Below, piece by piece: positions 45,772 to 55,321 of a stretch of DNA of 64,000 nt. The stretch comes from Kiritimatiellia bacterium (GTDB taxonomy: Bacteria; Verrucomicrobiota; Kiritimatiellia; RFP12; UBA1067), in the NCBI GenBank assembly GCA_045537795.1, contig JAZSQE010000051.1, forward strand, positions 8,313 through 72,312, read 5' to 3'. The stretch's first letter is position 1. The number at the start of each line of letters is the position of its first letter. Both the position numbers and the translations under genes were made by a program. The notes beneath the pieces were generated by a model. That model saw nothing but the letters and a program-made list of their open reading frames with translations, was not told the DNA's origin and did no database searches.

Positions 45772-46176
45772 ATGATTTCGCCAGAAACGATCGAAAAGAT
45801 AAAAGATATGATGGCCGAGGCTTCCGTGCACGAGGAGGATCTTGAGGAGAGTTTCATTCTCGGCGGCGGTCCCGGCGGGCAGAAGACGAACAAGACTTCG
45901 AGCGTCGTGAGACTTTCGCACGCCCCGAGCGCATTGCAGGTGAGATGCGGCGAGACGCGCAGCCGCGAGACCAACCGCTGGCTCGCCCGCCGCGCGCTCG
46001 CGGAGATGATTCTCGAAAGGGAGAAGGGCGTCAAATCCGCGGCGCGGCAGGAGCGCGAGAAGATACGCCGCCGGAAGCGCCGTCGCAGCCGCCGGCAGAA
46101 AGACAAGATGCTCGCCGACAAGCGCGCGAATTCCGCGAAGAAGGCGGCTCGCCGCAAAGTCGATGCGCAGGAGTGA
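45772..46176 (+). CDS. Stand-alone GGQ-domain protein (release factor / peptidyl-tRNA hydrolase-like) with a basic C-terminal tail
   Basis: GAGAGGAG SD. GGGPGGQKTNKTSSVVRLSHAPSALQVRCGETRSRETNR matches the class I RF GGQ domain. The tail reads REKIRRRKRRRSRRQKDK. Confidence 0.75.
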   Translation: MISPETIEKIKDMMAEASVHEEDLEESFILGGGPGGQKTNKTSSVVRLSHAPSALQVRCGETRSRETNRWLARRALAEMILEREKGVKSAARQEREKIRRRKRRRSRRQKDKMLADKRANSAKKAARRKVDAQE

Positions 46177-46229
46177 GTGAATGTCCCGTCCGCGAGACGC
46201 GAATCAGCGATGAAAGCATAGGAGGTGAC

Positions 46230-48620
46230 TTGAAAACGACGTTGTTGTCCGTTGCGGTGACGTGCGCTTTGGCCGCGCAGGCCGAGACGTTCGAAATGAA
46301 GGCCAGAGCGTCGATGACGCCCGTCGAACTGAACAGGGGCGACGTATGCCGCTTCACCCTCGTCAACGGCGAGACGCGCACGATCGAATATCTCGGCGCG
46401 GAGTCGTCCGTTCTGGAGATCCCCGCGACAGAAGGGCTTGTGGCGACGCTCACCATGCGCCTGAGGATAGACGGCGACGAGATACCGTTTCGCAGATATT
46501 TCGCGACGCAGGAGTCTTTTTACGAGCCGGCAGTCGTCAACGGCATGCGGATTTTCCCCGATTCGACGCTCGAATATCTGCAGAAGACGGTGCCGATGCG
46601 CTATCCCGCGAAAGGGGCCATGCGTCACCATCCGTGGAAGGACTGCCGCATCGTCGTGCAGGATGCGACGCTTTCGCTCTGCCCCGAAAAACTTCACCCG
46701 TGGTTTCTCGACAAGCGCATTGACTCGCTCTTTCTCCCGATAGGCGACGCCTATCACGGCGGCGACTGCTGGCTCGGGCCGTTCGCCTACGGTCAAGCGC
46801 ACGGCGGGATGGATCTCAGGATGCAGCGCGGCAGTCTCCTTTACGCGCCGTTCGCGATGGACGATCAGTGGATGCCGCTTTACGCAAAGAAGGGGCGCGG
46901 CAACTCGTCGCGCTGGCGTGGCGTACGCCGTTTCTCCGACGGCACGTACTGGTCGCTCAACACGAGCCACGTCATAGACTGCGTCGTCCCCGAGCGTACG
47001 GCCATAACGAACGGTCAGGCCTATTGCACCGCGGCCGGCACCGCGGTCGGCGAATACGACCACACGCATTTCGAGCTGCACATCTGCCGCGACCTGAACC
47101 CGCAGATCGACGACAGGATTTGGGATGAAGGCTGGGGCAAGGAGAGCGAGGTGAAAAACGACTGTCCTTCGGGGCAGCCGGAGTTCTACAATCTCGACCC
47201 GTGGATGCTCTTCTGGGAGACGTTCGTGCAACTTCGAGACGAGCGTTCTCTGCCGTCGGCCTCGATCGCGCCGTTCTCGCCGACGAAAGCCGGCGTGAAG
47301 ACGCGCTTCAGATCGGCGCGGCCTCTGCCCAAGGGCGCCCTCGCGCGCTGGACGTTCAACGACGGCGTGGCCGTGACGGGCGAAGAGGTGACGCATGTCT
47401 TTTCGAAGCCGGGCGCCCACGTCGTCACGCTGACGGTGACAGACGGCAAGGGTATGCGTCTTCGCGACGTCGCGCACATAACCGTCGCGCCCGGAGAAGT
47501 CAAAGGGCCGCTTCTCGGCGTGAGGTCCGACGACGTATCGTTTGTCGAACTCAGGCCCGGCGATCTTCCCGCGTGGGGCGAGAGATTGAAGGTCGACCCG
47601 TACTGCGTCGCGCGCGAAGAGGATCTCGTTTTTTTCGATCGGGCAGGCGGCGGCGAGATGAAGCCTTCGCTTGTCAAGAGCGAAAAGTTCGTCGGCAGAA
47701 TCGAGCGCCGCGTCTACGGCGCCGGTGCGGCGGGGTCGATCGAGGTCTTCGTCCGAGGCCCCGGGAATCCGGGCGCGATGCGCGACGAGGAGTTCACCCT
47801 GGACATCGGGTCGGCGGAAGAGTGCTATTATCATACGCCGTGTTTCTGGGTGCAGCACCATTTCGACAAGAAGCGCCGCTGGTACGAGATTTCGGGCGCG
47901 CGCGCGGAAAAGGGGCAGTTTGTGCGCTTCATGCCGCGTCTGCGCGGCGGCAGATGGAGGGTCGAAGAGACTTATGCCGCCACGCACGCGCCCGGCTCGT
48001 CGTACACGGTGAAGGTGAAGGCCCGCGACGGCATGCACGCCGTGAAGTTCAGCCCGCTGAAGAACATCGTCATAGGCGAGTTCGATTTCGACGAGGGCGA
48101 AGGCTATGTCCAGATAGAGGCCGAGAACGCGATCGGTCCCGTTTACGTCGCATCGCTCAAGTTCGTGCCGCTCGGACTCGAGCCGCCGAAATACATAACG
48201 CAGGCGCGTCTCGACGAGACGCGGGTGTTGAGAAAAAGCCTCGAGAAGGAGATTCGCGCCGTCGCGGCCGCCGCCGAATATCCTTCGTCGCAGCCGTTTG
48301 ACCCCGCCGAGTGGCTCCCCGTCACGCGCGTCATGCCGGCCTTCACGATCGGCGGCCTTACGCCGGCGAAGTTCTTCGCGGCGATAACCGAAGAATACGC
48401 CGCGAAGGACGTCATCCCCGGCACCCGCGCCGACTGGGAGCAGTTCATCGGCTGGATCTTCTGCCGCACATGGGCGCTTGAGCTCAAAGACAAGTGGATG
48501 AACGAGATTCTCAAGCGTCCGTTCAGGCCTTTCGAGGGAGAAAAAACGGCGCGCGCCAAGCGTCTCAAGGAGCTCAGCGCGCGTCTCGCGAAAGCGATCG
48601 CCGAAGCCAAAGGGCTTTGA
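46230..48620 (+). CDS. Secreted protein with an M23 (LytM)-like metallopeptidase signature and a PKD domain
   Basis: TTG start 4 nt after AGGAGG. Signal peptide LKTTLLSVAVTCALAAQA. HGGMD and YDHTHFELH resemble the M23 HxxxD and HxH motifs. WTFNDGVAVTGEEVTHVFSKPGAHVVTLTVTDGKG is PKD-like. Confidence 0.6.
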   Translation: MKTTLLSVAVTCALAAQAETFEMKARASMTPVELNRGDVCRFTLVNGETRTIEYLGAESSVLEIPATEGLVATLTMRLRIDGDEIPFRRYFATQESFYEPAVVNGMRIFPDSTLEYLQKTVPMRYPAKGAMRHHPWKDCRIVVQDATLSLCPEKLHPWFLDKRIDSLFLPIGDAYHGGDCWLGPFAYGQAHGGMDLRMQRGSLLYAPFAMDDQWMPLYAKKGRGNSSRWRGVRRFSDGTYWSLNTSHVIDCVVPERTAITNGQAYCTAAGTAVGEYDHTHFELHICRDLNPQIDDRIWDEGWGKESEVKNDCPSGQPEFYNLDPWMLFWETFVQLRDERSLPSASIAPFSPTKAGVKTRFRSARPLPKGALARWTFNDGVAVTGEEVTHVFSKPGAHVVTLTVTDGKGMRLRDVAHITVAPGEVKGPLLGVRSDDVSFVELRPGDLPAWGERLKVDPYCVAREEDLVFFDRAGGGEMKPSLVKSEKFVGRIERRVYGAGAAGSIEVFVRGPGNPGAMRDEEFTLDIGSAEECYYHTPCFWVQHHFDKKRRWYEISGARAEKGQFVRFMPRLRGGRWRVEETYAATHAPGSSYTVKVKARDGMHAVKFSPLKNIVIGEFDFDEGEGYVQIEAENAIGPVYVASLKFVPLGLEPPKYITQARLDETRVLRKSLEKEIRAVAAAAEYPSSQPFDPAEWLPVTRVMPAFTIGGLTPAKFFAAITEEYAAKDVIPGTRADWEQFIGWIFCRTWALELKDKWMNEILKRPFRPFEGEKTARAKRLKELSARLAKAIAEAKGL

Positions 48621-48626
48621 GGGCGA

Positions 48627-49628
48627 TCAGACTCCGCAGAGGAGTTTGAGGTCGTCCTCCGTCGGGGCTCTGCCGTATTCGCTCACCTCGAAGACCTCCA
48701 TGTTCTTCGGAACGGGGTGGTCGGGGTACATCTCTTTCCACGCGTCGGCGAAACGCCTGGCATCGTTGCGCTTGCGCCCGAGAGTGTATTTATCGAGGTA
48801 GGCGTTGCGCGCTTTAATGTCGGAGCGGTCGCCGAGCGCGGCGACTTGCGCTTCGCGTCCGCCGTCCCACGCGAGCCATTCGTAGAACTGGGAAACCTGC
48901 GCGTCGAGTCCGTCGCAGAGCTTGTCGATGTAGTTGTCGACATCGAACATCACGTCGGGACGCAGCTCGCGCGGATAGGTGAAACTGTCGGACATGTACA
49001 GGATGACGGGGCGCAGGCGCTGCGCGGGCTCTTCGGGGCACCAGTGCGGCACACCAAGGAGATATCCGGCGTCCATGACGAGTTGACCCGTGGCGCGGTG
49101 GTCGGCGTGATAGTCGCACGTGCGGTGCGTAAAGATGAAGTCGGGCTGATATTCGCGTATCTTGCGCGCGACGAGCTGGCGCGCTTCATCCGTCGGATAG
49201 AGCCCGCAGTCCGGGTAGCCGTAGATGTCGTAGCCGTCGAGCTTCATGCGGCGCGCCGCCTCGAGGGTTTCCTTGCGGCGGATCCTCGCCGTTTCGTCGG
49301 GAGTGCGGATGTGGTGGCCCATGCGTCCGTCGGTGATCGAAACGAATTTCACCTTGAAGCCGCGGTCGATAAGCTTGAGCGCGGTACCGCCGCAGACGAT
49401 GTCGGCGTCGTCGGGGTGCGCTCCGATGACCATGACGCGCGTCGGGCCGGGGCGGCGCGAGTTGTATTCGCGGGAACTCGGAGGACAGGCTCCGATGAAG
49501 GTGCGTTTTTTCTTTGGCGCTTTCGGCGCCGCCGGCTTGTCGGCGAGCGCGCCTGCGGCGGTGCCTGCGGCGGCGACCGCAACGACGCCTTTGCTCAATC
49601 CGAGAAACGACCGTCTGTTCATGTTCAT
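48627..49628 (-). CDS. PIG-L/LmbE-family deacetylase with a Tat-type signal
   Basis: Tat-type signal MNMNRRSFLGLSKGVVAVAAAG. VMVIGAHPDDADIVCGGT...ITDGRMGHH is the PIG-L motif. It converges on the upstream gene with a 6-nt gap. Confidence 0.8.
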   Translation of the reverse strand: MNMNRRSFLGLSKGVVAVAAAGTAAGALADKPAAPKAPKKKRTFIGACPPSSREYNSRRPGPTRVMVIGAHPDDADIVCGGTALKLIDRGFKVKFVSITDGRMGHHIRTPDETARIRRKETLEAARRMKLDGYDIYGYPDCGLYPTDEARQLVARKIREYQPDFIFTHRTCDYHADHRATGQLVMDAGYLLGVPHWCPEEPAQRLRPVILYMSDSFTYPRELRPDVMFDVDNYIDKLCDGLDAQVSQFYEWLAWDGGREAQVAALGDRSDIKARNAYLDKYTLGRKRNDARRFADAWKEMYPDHPVPKNMEVFEVSEYGRAPTEDDLKLLCGV

Positions 49629-49735
49629 GTTTGATTCTCCGTTTTTTGTGTCAGAAACATCGAAAGTATATCATATTGCCGTGTGATTTTGGAATATTTG
49701 AAATATGCTCGTCTGTTGCATGGGGTCTGATTCTG

Positions 49736-49744
49736 TGATATGAT
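49736..49744 (+). promoter_or_regulatory. Extended -10-like element TGATATGAT directly upstream of the GH2 fusion gene
   Basis: TGnTATGAT ends 7 nt before the ATG at 49752. It lies in the divergent AT-rich spacer shared with the PIG-L gene. Confidence 0.3.
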
Positions 49745-49751
49745 ATTCGCT

Positions 49752-52700
49752 ATGAAAAAAAATATGGTTTTCGTTTTCGTCTGTTCTCTGTGCACGGTTC
49801 TTCCCGCAGAGACGCCGTTCCCCGATTTCGCTGCGCCCAGATGCGTCACGTCGAAAGACAAGGAGCATCTTCTGGCGAGTTATTACGGCATCGACTGCTG
49901 GAGCCCCGACAAGAGGTATCTGCTTGCGCTGAGAACGTCTCTTAACGGGCGTCTCCCGGAGACGAACGACGTCGCCGAGATCGGTCTTGTCGATCTCAAG
50001 AACACCAACGCGTGGATCAAGGTCGGCGAGACGCGCTGCTGGAATTTCCAGGAGGCGGCGATGGGTCACTGGCTGTCTCAGGACAAGATACTTTTCAACG
50101 ATACGGTCGACGGCAGATTCTCGACGGTGATACTCGATCTCAAGACGGGCAAGCGCCGCTCGCTGCCGTATCCGACGGCGGCCGTTTCGCCGGACGGAAA
50201 GAAAATCATTTCGATCAATTACGCCCGCATCAGACTCACGCGCCCCGATTACGGATATGCGGGGCCCGGGCAGGACGCGATGAGAAACGTCATCTATCCT
50301 GAAAACGACGGGCTCTGGCTCGTCGATCTCGAGAGCGGCGAAGCGAAGCTGATTGTCACGATAGCCTCTCTAAAGGACAAGATGCACAAAATCCGCACGA
50401 CCGAAGGGATGGCGTATTTCTGCCATGTCGTCTTTTCCAAAGGCGGCAAGCGCATCTTCTTTCTCGGGCGCACGATCCAGAATTTCAAGACGTGGTGCGA
50501 GACGGTCGCTTTCACCTGCGACGCCGACGGCTCCAACGTGCGCGTCGCGCAGGACTGGTATTCGTCGCACTTCAACTGGAAGGACGACGATACGATGGCC
50601 GTCACCGCCGGCTGGCACCGCGGACCGATGGGGCACGGCGTTTTCACGGTCGGGCGCGAGAGCGAGGCGAAGCGCCTTTCGCCGGGCGTGCTCGACTGGG
50701 ACGGTCACTGCCTCTGGACGCCCGACGGCAAGTTCCTTTCGTCCGACGGCTACTGGGACAAACGCACCTTCAAGCGCAACTGGGTCATGATCAGACTCGA
50801 AGATGAAGCCATCAGGCGCGTCGGGCAGTTTTACGTGCCGCCGCAGTACCGCCACGACTACTGGCGCTGCGATCTTCATCCGCATATCCGCGACGACGGT
50901 ATGCAGTATGCGTTCAACTCCGTTCACGAGGGGAGCCGCCAGATATATCTGATGGACGTTCTGCCGCCGAAGGGGCGCGTCGTCACGAAACTCTCCGGGC
51001 CCGGATGGACTCTTGACGGCAAAAGCGTCGTCGTGCCTCATTCGTGGAATATCGAGGACGCCGCGAAAGGCCCGGCGGGTAAACCTCGTCAATCGGGGCG
51101 TTCCGTCGAAGATCCGCTCTTTCTCCAGAAGAAGGGCGTTTACGCTCGAACCATTGCCGCGCGCAACCACAATCGCCGTTATTTCGTCAAGTGCGAAGGC
51201 GCGAGCCAGAAGGCGACAGTTCGCGTCAACGGCACGAGAATCGGCGCGCACCACGGCGCGTACAACGCCTTCACGTTCGAGATTACCGAAAACATGAAGA
51301 GCGATGACGTCAATCTTCTGGAAATAGAGGTCGACAACCGCTTCGATAAAGACCTGCCGCCGACGAGCGCCGACTTCACGCCGTTCGGAGGCCTTTACCG
51401 CGACGTGTGGCTCATTGAAACGCCGATGACGTGCATCGCGCCGGCGAAGGACTCCGCAAACGGGCTTAAGATAAAAACCGATCCCAAGACAGGCAAGGTC
51501 ACCGCCGAGATTGAGATCGACGGTCACGAAAACTGGTCGCCCGAAAAACCGAACGTTTATGAACTCACCGTGATCGTGCGCAAGGGTGATGTTGAAGACA
51601 GCGTCACGAAGACGTTCGGTTTCCGTGACGTCGAATTCCGCAAGGACGGCTTTTATCTCAACGGCGTCAAGCGCCAGATGCGCGGAGTGAACCGACATCA
51701 GGATGTCGGCGCAGAGCACGGCTGGGTGGCCGATTATGCCGACGACGAGCGCGATGTCAAACTTATCAAGGAGATGGGCGCCGACGCGGTGAGGCTTTGT
51801 CACTATCCGCAGAGTGAGCGCTTTCTTGATCTTTGCGACAAGTACGGGCTTTTCGTGTGGAGCGAAATACCTCTCGTCAACACGATGACCGACTCGGCGC
51901 GTTTTAGAGAAAACGTTCTTACCGCGACGCGCGAGATGGTGCTTGAGCGCATGCATCATCCCAGCGTTTTCGCCTGGGGGCTTTATAACGAGATGAGCTC
52001 CATTCCCGGTTGTATGCCCGCCGCCAAGGCCGCGGAGCAGCTGACGCCCTCGCGCGATCTCATGCGCGAACTCGATCCGGCGCGTCCCGTCGTGGCGGCG
52101 ACCTGCCAGTGGCTCGGCAAGATAAAACTCAATTTCATCACGGACATCCTCGGCTTCAATCTCTATCCGTACTGGTACGACAAGAAGAACTCGATGGCCG
52201 ATCTCGTGAAGGGCGCGCTCGCGAATTGTCCGCTTGAAACGATTTGCGTGAGCGAATACGGCGCCGGCGGCAGCGTGAAGCATCACACGCTGCCCGTCAG
52301 GGAGAATTCGCCCGGTTCCCGCTTTCACTCCGAAGAATATCAGACGCAGATCATCATCGACGACTGCCGCGATCTTTTCGGCAATCCACACGTCTGGGGG
52401 ACGTTCCATTGGTGCATGTTCGATTTTCCGTCGTGCGCCCGGGAAGAGGGCGACTCGCCCGGCATCAACGACAAGGGCGTGATGACGCGCGATCGCAAGA
52501 CGAAGAAGGACGCTTATTACTTCTATCAGGCGAACTGGTCGTCAACGCCCGTTTTGCGCCTTATGGGGCAGAGGGCGCGCAAGCTCGACGCTGAAATATG
52601 CGACGTTACGGGCTTTTCCAACGTCGGAGACGTCGAGCTTTTCGTCAACGGCAAATCTCTCGGCAGGCGTCAGCCGGATAAGATCAAGACGGTCGTCTGG

Positions 52701-52784
52701 AAGAACGTGCGTTTTGCTGCAGGCGACAATGTCGTTGAACTGAAGTCCGGCGCCCGCGTCGCTCGCACGGTCTGGACGCGGTGA
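49752..52784 (+). CDS. Fusion of a TolB-like beta-propeller domain and a glycoside hydrolase family 2 module
   Basis: Signal-like MKKNMVFVFVCSLCTVLPA. The N-terminal half ends ...WRCDLHPHIRDDGMQYAFNSVHEGSRQIYLMDV. GH2 strings: FGFRDVEF, GVNRHQD, DVKLIKEMGADAVRLCHYPQ, WGLYNEM (acid/base NE) and VSEYGAGG (nucleophile E). ATG 49740 is an alternative start. Confidence 0.75.
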   Translation: MKKNMVFVFVCSLCTVLPAETPFPDFAAPRCVTSKDKEHLLASYYGIDCWSPDKRYLLALRTSLNGRLPETNDVAEIGLVDLKNTNAWIKVGETRCWNFQEAAMGHWLSQDKILFNDTVDGRFSTVILDLKTGKRRSLPYPTAAVSPDGKKIISINYARIRLTRPDYGYAGPGQDAMRNVIYPENDGLWLVDLESGEAKLIVTIASLKDKMHKIRTTEGMAYFCHVVFSKGGKRIFFLGRTIQNFKTWCETVAFTCDADGSNVRVAQDWYSSHFNWKDDDTMAVTAGWHRGPMGHGVFTVGRESEAKRLSPGVLDWDGHCLWTPDGKFLSSDGYWDKRTFKRNWVMIRLEDEAIRRVGQFYVPPQYRHDYWRCDLHPHIRDDGMQYAFNSVHEGSRQIYLMDVLPPKGRVVTKLSGPGWTLDGKSVVVPHSWNIEDAAKGPAGKPRQSGRSVEDPLFLQKKGVYARTIAARNHNRRYFVKCEGASQKATVRVNGTRIGAHHGAYNAFTFEITENMKSDDVNLLEIEVDNRFDKDLPPTSADFTPFGGLYRDVWLIETPMTCIAPAKDSANGLKIKTDPKTGKVTAEIEIDGHENWSPEKPNVYELTVIVRKGDVEDSVTKTFGFRDVEFRKDGFYLNGVKRQMRGVNRHQDVGAEHGWVADYADDERDVKLIKEMGADAVRLCHYPQSERFLDLCDKYGLFVWSEIPLVNTMTDSARFRENVLTATREMVLERMHHPSVFAWGLYNEMSSIPGCMPAAKAAEQLTPSRDLMRELDPARPVVAATCQWLGKIKLNFITDILGFNLYPYWYDKKNSMADLVKGALANCPLETICVSEYGAGGSVKHHTLPVRENSPGSRFHSEEYQTQIIIDDCRDLFGNPHVWGTFHWCMFDFPSCAREEGDSPGINDKGVMTRDRKTKKDAYYFYQANWSSTPVLRLMGQRARKLDAEICDVTGFSNVGDVELFVNGKSLGRRQPDKIKTVVWKNVRFAAGDNVVELKSGARVARTVWTR

Positions 52785-52792
52785 GATCAAAA

Positions 52793-52801
52793 TGCTACAA
52801 T
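52793..52801 (+). promoter_or_regulatory. Extended -10-like element TGCTACAAT upstream of the beta-helix gene
   Basis: TGnTAcAAT lies about 135 nt upstream of the ATG at 52937. The leader contains alternative GGGATA/TATCCC/GGGATA pairings at 52884-52915. Confidence 0.3.
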
Positions 52802-52936
52802 ACCAATGCTTGATTTCTCGGTTGCGAATGTCAGCCAACGTGTGTCAGCAAGTCAGGCGGCTTGCCTCGTCGGCCTCGCGAAGAGGGATAAGGATTCTAT
52901 CCCGTCTATGGGATAGCAATGAAAAGGAGGTAAATA

Positions 52937-54502
52937 ATGGATGCGAAATTTTTGTTTACGGGTGCGTTGTTATTTGTCTCTGCGGCCAATGCGGCGACAT
53001 ACTACGCTTCACCGGACGGGGCGGCGGATGCTGCCTGTACGGAGGATTCGCCCGGCACTCTCGAACTCGCCGTTTCAAAGGCGGCGCAGGCCGGCGACGT
53101 CGTCAAGCTGGCGGCGGGCGAGTACGGGCGGCTCGAATCTTCTCTCGTTTTGAATGTGGAGGGTATCACCATAGAAGGCGCGTCGGATGATGCTGCGCAG
53201 ACGGTCATCAAAGGCCCGGGGAACGCGAAAACGTTCACCGGCGTCGTGGTCAAGAAGGCTGCCGTCATGAAGAATCTCACCATTTCGGGGTTTTATGCCA
53301 CCGCCGGCGGTTCTGCCGTGGCGGGCGGCAACAATATCGCGACGAAGGCCGATGTTTGTACTGCCGTCAACTGCCGCATTGTCGGCAATGTCTCGTCGAG
53401 CCCTGCCGTATACGGCGGCACATGGATTGACTGCTGCTTCGCGTCGAACACCAATTTAACTTCCGACGGTGGAGCCGCATTCGCAGGGACTTATTACGGC
53501 TGCCTTTTTACCGACAATTACGCGAAGGGGAGCGCGGGAGCCGTTCGTTCCGCAAAAGTCGCCGAGCGTTGCACATTCGTTCGCAACGAGAGTCCGCACG
53601 TTTTCGGGGGCGGAGCCGTAAGATCGGGCGTGCTTCGCGACTGCATCTTCAACGCGAACAAAGGCAAGTGCGGCGGTGCCGGTTCAAGCGGCACGTATTA
53701 CAATTGCTTCTTCACCAACAATATCGCGACGCGTAACGACGGTGCCGGAGGCGGGGCTCTTTACGAAGCGACGACGGCGTCGAACTGCGTGTTTATCGCG
53801 AATGAATCGAAGTACAACGGCGGCGCCTGCTATAAAGGCAAATGTTTCGATTGTCGATTTAAGGGCAATAGTGCCGGCTATGACGGAGGCGCTGTCTATC
53901 TTACGACCGTCGTAGGGTGTTATATCGAGGGCAATCACGGCCGTGTGGGCTCCGGCAGTTGCAATAGCGTCGCGACAAACTGCGTGTATTCGGCAAATTC
54001 CCCGAAAAGCGGTTTTACCGATGCAGGTGTGGCGGCACATTTTGGTGTCGCCGTCAACTGTCTTTTCACCGGGAATGACTCTCTTACCCACGCGCAGTCG
54101 ACGGTGTCTTCGGTCAAGTGCGTCAATTGTACAATTGCGGGCAATAAGACAGCGTCTTCGCAGGGCGGCATCAGAGGCGGATCGAGCATCAATACGATAA
54201 TCTTCGATAATACGAAAGATATCGTTTCAGGCGCTCATACCAATGCTCTTTACGCGACCGTGTCCGGCGCGAGCGAGTTGGTGGATTGCATTCAAACGCA
54301 AAACGCGAAGTTTAACGCCGGTCGCGACGCATCGCTGCCGTATTACTATCTTTGTAAAAATTCGCCTGCAAGGAACGCAGGAATCGACATAGGTTGGACG
54401 AGCAAGTCTCGTGATCTTCGCGGCAAGAAGCGTCTCGTAGGCGCGGTCGATCTCGGATGTTACGAGTATCAGGCCGGCAGCTTTGCGCTTATTGTCAGGT
54501 AA
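52937..54502 (+). CDS. Secreted right-handed parallel beta-helix repeat protein (choice-of-anchor-Q-like C-terminus)
   Basis: AAGGAGG SD. Signal peptide MDAKFLFTGALLFVSAANA followed by TYYASPDG. Periodic GGA(V/L)/N-rich beta-helix rungs. C-terminal ...DLGCYEY. Confidence 0.65.
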   Translation: MDAKFLFTGALLFVSAANAATYYASPDGAADAACTEDSPGTLELAVSKAAQAGDVVKLAAGEYGRLESSLVLNVEGITIEGASDDAAQTVIKGPGNAKTFTGVVVKKAAVMKNLTISGFYATAGGSAVAGGNNIATKADVCTAVNCRIVGNVSSSPAVYGGTWIDCCFASNTNLTSDGGAAFAGTYYGCLFTDNYAKGSAGAVRSAKVAERCTFVRNESPHVFGGGAVRSGVLRDCIFNANKGKCGGAGSSGTYYNCFFTNNIATRNDGAGGGALYEATTASNCVFIANESKYNGGACYKGKCFDCRFKGNSAGYDGGAVYLTTVVGCYIEGNHGRVGSGSCNSVATNCVYSANSPKSGFTDAGVAAHFGVAVNCLFTGNDSLTHAQSTVSSVKCVNCTIAGNKTASSQGGIRGGSSINTIIFDNTKDIVSGAHTNALYATVSGASELVDCIQTQNAKFNAGRDASLPYYYLCKNSPARNAGIDIGWTSKSRDLRGKKRLVGAVDLGCYEYQAGSFALIVR

Positions 54503-54638
54503 GATAAAATCGGGGGCCTTGCATAAGGATGCTCGCCGGGGCTGTATAGAATTCGAAAGAAAGAGTATCATTTAGCCGTCTACGAATACTGCAATCTGCA
54601 CGGTCTTTGGAAGTTGGACGTGAAATAAAAAAGGCTTG

Positions 54639-55280
54639 ATGACGAAGGAACTCGTAGACCGTCCAGGGAAGTTCAGAAACTGCAATGTAGGCGTGATGGA
54701 TGGTGCTGGAAACGTCGTCCACATGGCGCCGCCTTTCGCCAATGTCCCCTCGCTCGTGAAAGACCTCTTCGCGTGGCTTGCCGATAGCGAAGACCCGGTA
54801 CTGATCAAGAGCTGCGTGTTCCACTATGAGTTCGAGTTCATCCATCCGTTCCCGGACGGCAACGGACGCACCGGGCGACTCTGGCAGACTGCGTTGCTCG
54901 GTACCTGGCGCAACGAGTTCTACGGTGCGCCTGTCGAGAACATTGTCTGGGCGCACCAGCAGGAATACTACCAGGCAATCCGCGCCTCAACCGCCGCCGG
55001 CGAGTGTGGGCCGTTTATCGATTTCATGCTCGACAAGATTCTATGGACGCTCATGGCCAAGGGCAAGGCGTATGGGGCTGCCAACGAGAAAAGTAGCCAG
55101 AAAAGTGACCAGAAAATTCTCTCAATCATGAAATCAATGCCAGATATTACAATGGCGGAAATTGCCAATGCCACGGGCCTTTCAATTGCTGGTGTGAAGA
55201 AGAACATCCGCAAACTGAAAGACGCCAATCTCATCCGCCGCATCGGCCCGGACAAAGGCGGCCATTGGGAGGTCGTTTGA
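54639..55280 (+). CDS. Fic-family protein (canonical motif) with a C-terminal winged-helix domain
   Basis: HPFPDGNGRTGR matches HxFx(D/E)GNGRxxR. C-terminal ILSIMKSMPDITMAEIANATGLSIAGVKKNIRKLKDANLIRRIG is HTH-like. Confidence 0.8.
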   Translation: MTKELVDRPGKFRNCNVGVMDGAGNVVHMAPPFANVPSLVKDLFAWLADSEDPVLIKSCVFHYEFEFIHPFPDGNGRTGRLWQTALLGTWRNEFYGAPVENIVWAHQQEYYQAIRASTAAGECGPFIDFMLDKILWTLMAKGKAYGAANEKSSQKSDQKILSIMKSMPDITMAEIANATGLSIAGVKKNIRKLKDANLIRRIGPDKGGHWEVV

Positions 55281-55321
55281 GGTCTGTTTTTGTATAATGT
55301 CATCCAGAAAGTGAATGATTG

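Noticed and set aside
42284-48038. Long minus-strand ORFs 42284-45709 (1,141 aa) and 45684-48038 (784 aa); likewise 27512-30442 (976 aa), 50370-52409 (679 aa) and 40896-42158 (420 aa)
   Set aside because: These are antisense shadows of GC-rich + strand genes with recognisable PKS-like, M23/PKD, secretin, GH2 and KS motifs. They have Arg/Gly-rich composition, no SD sites and no family signatures.
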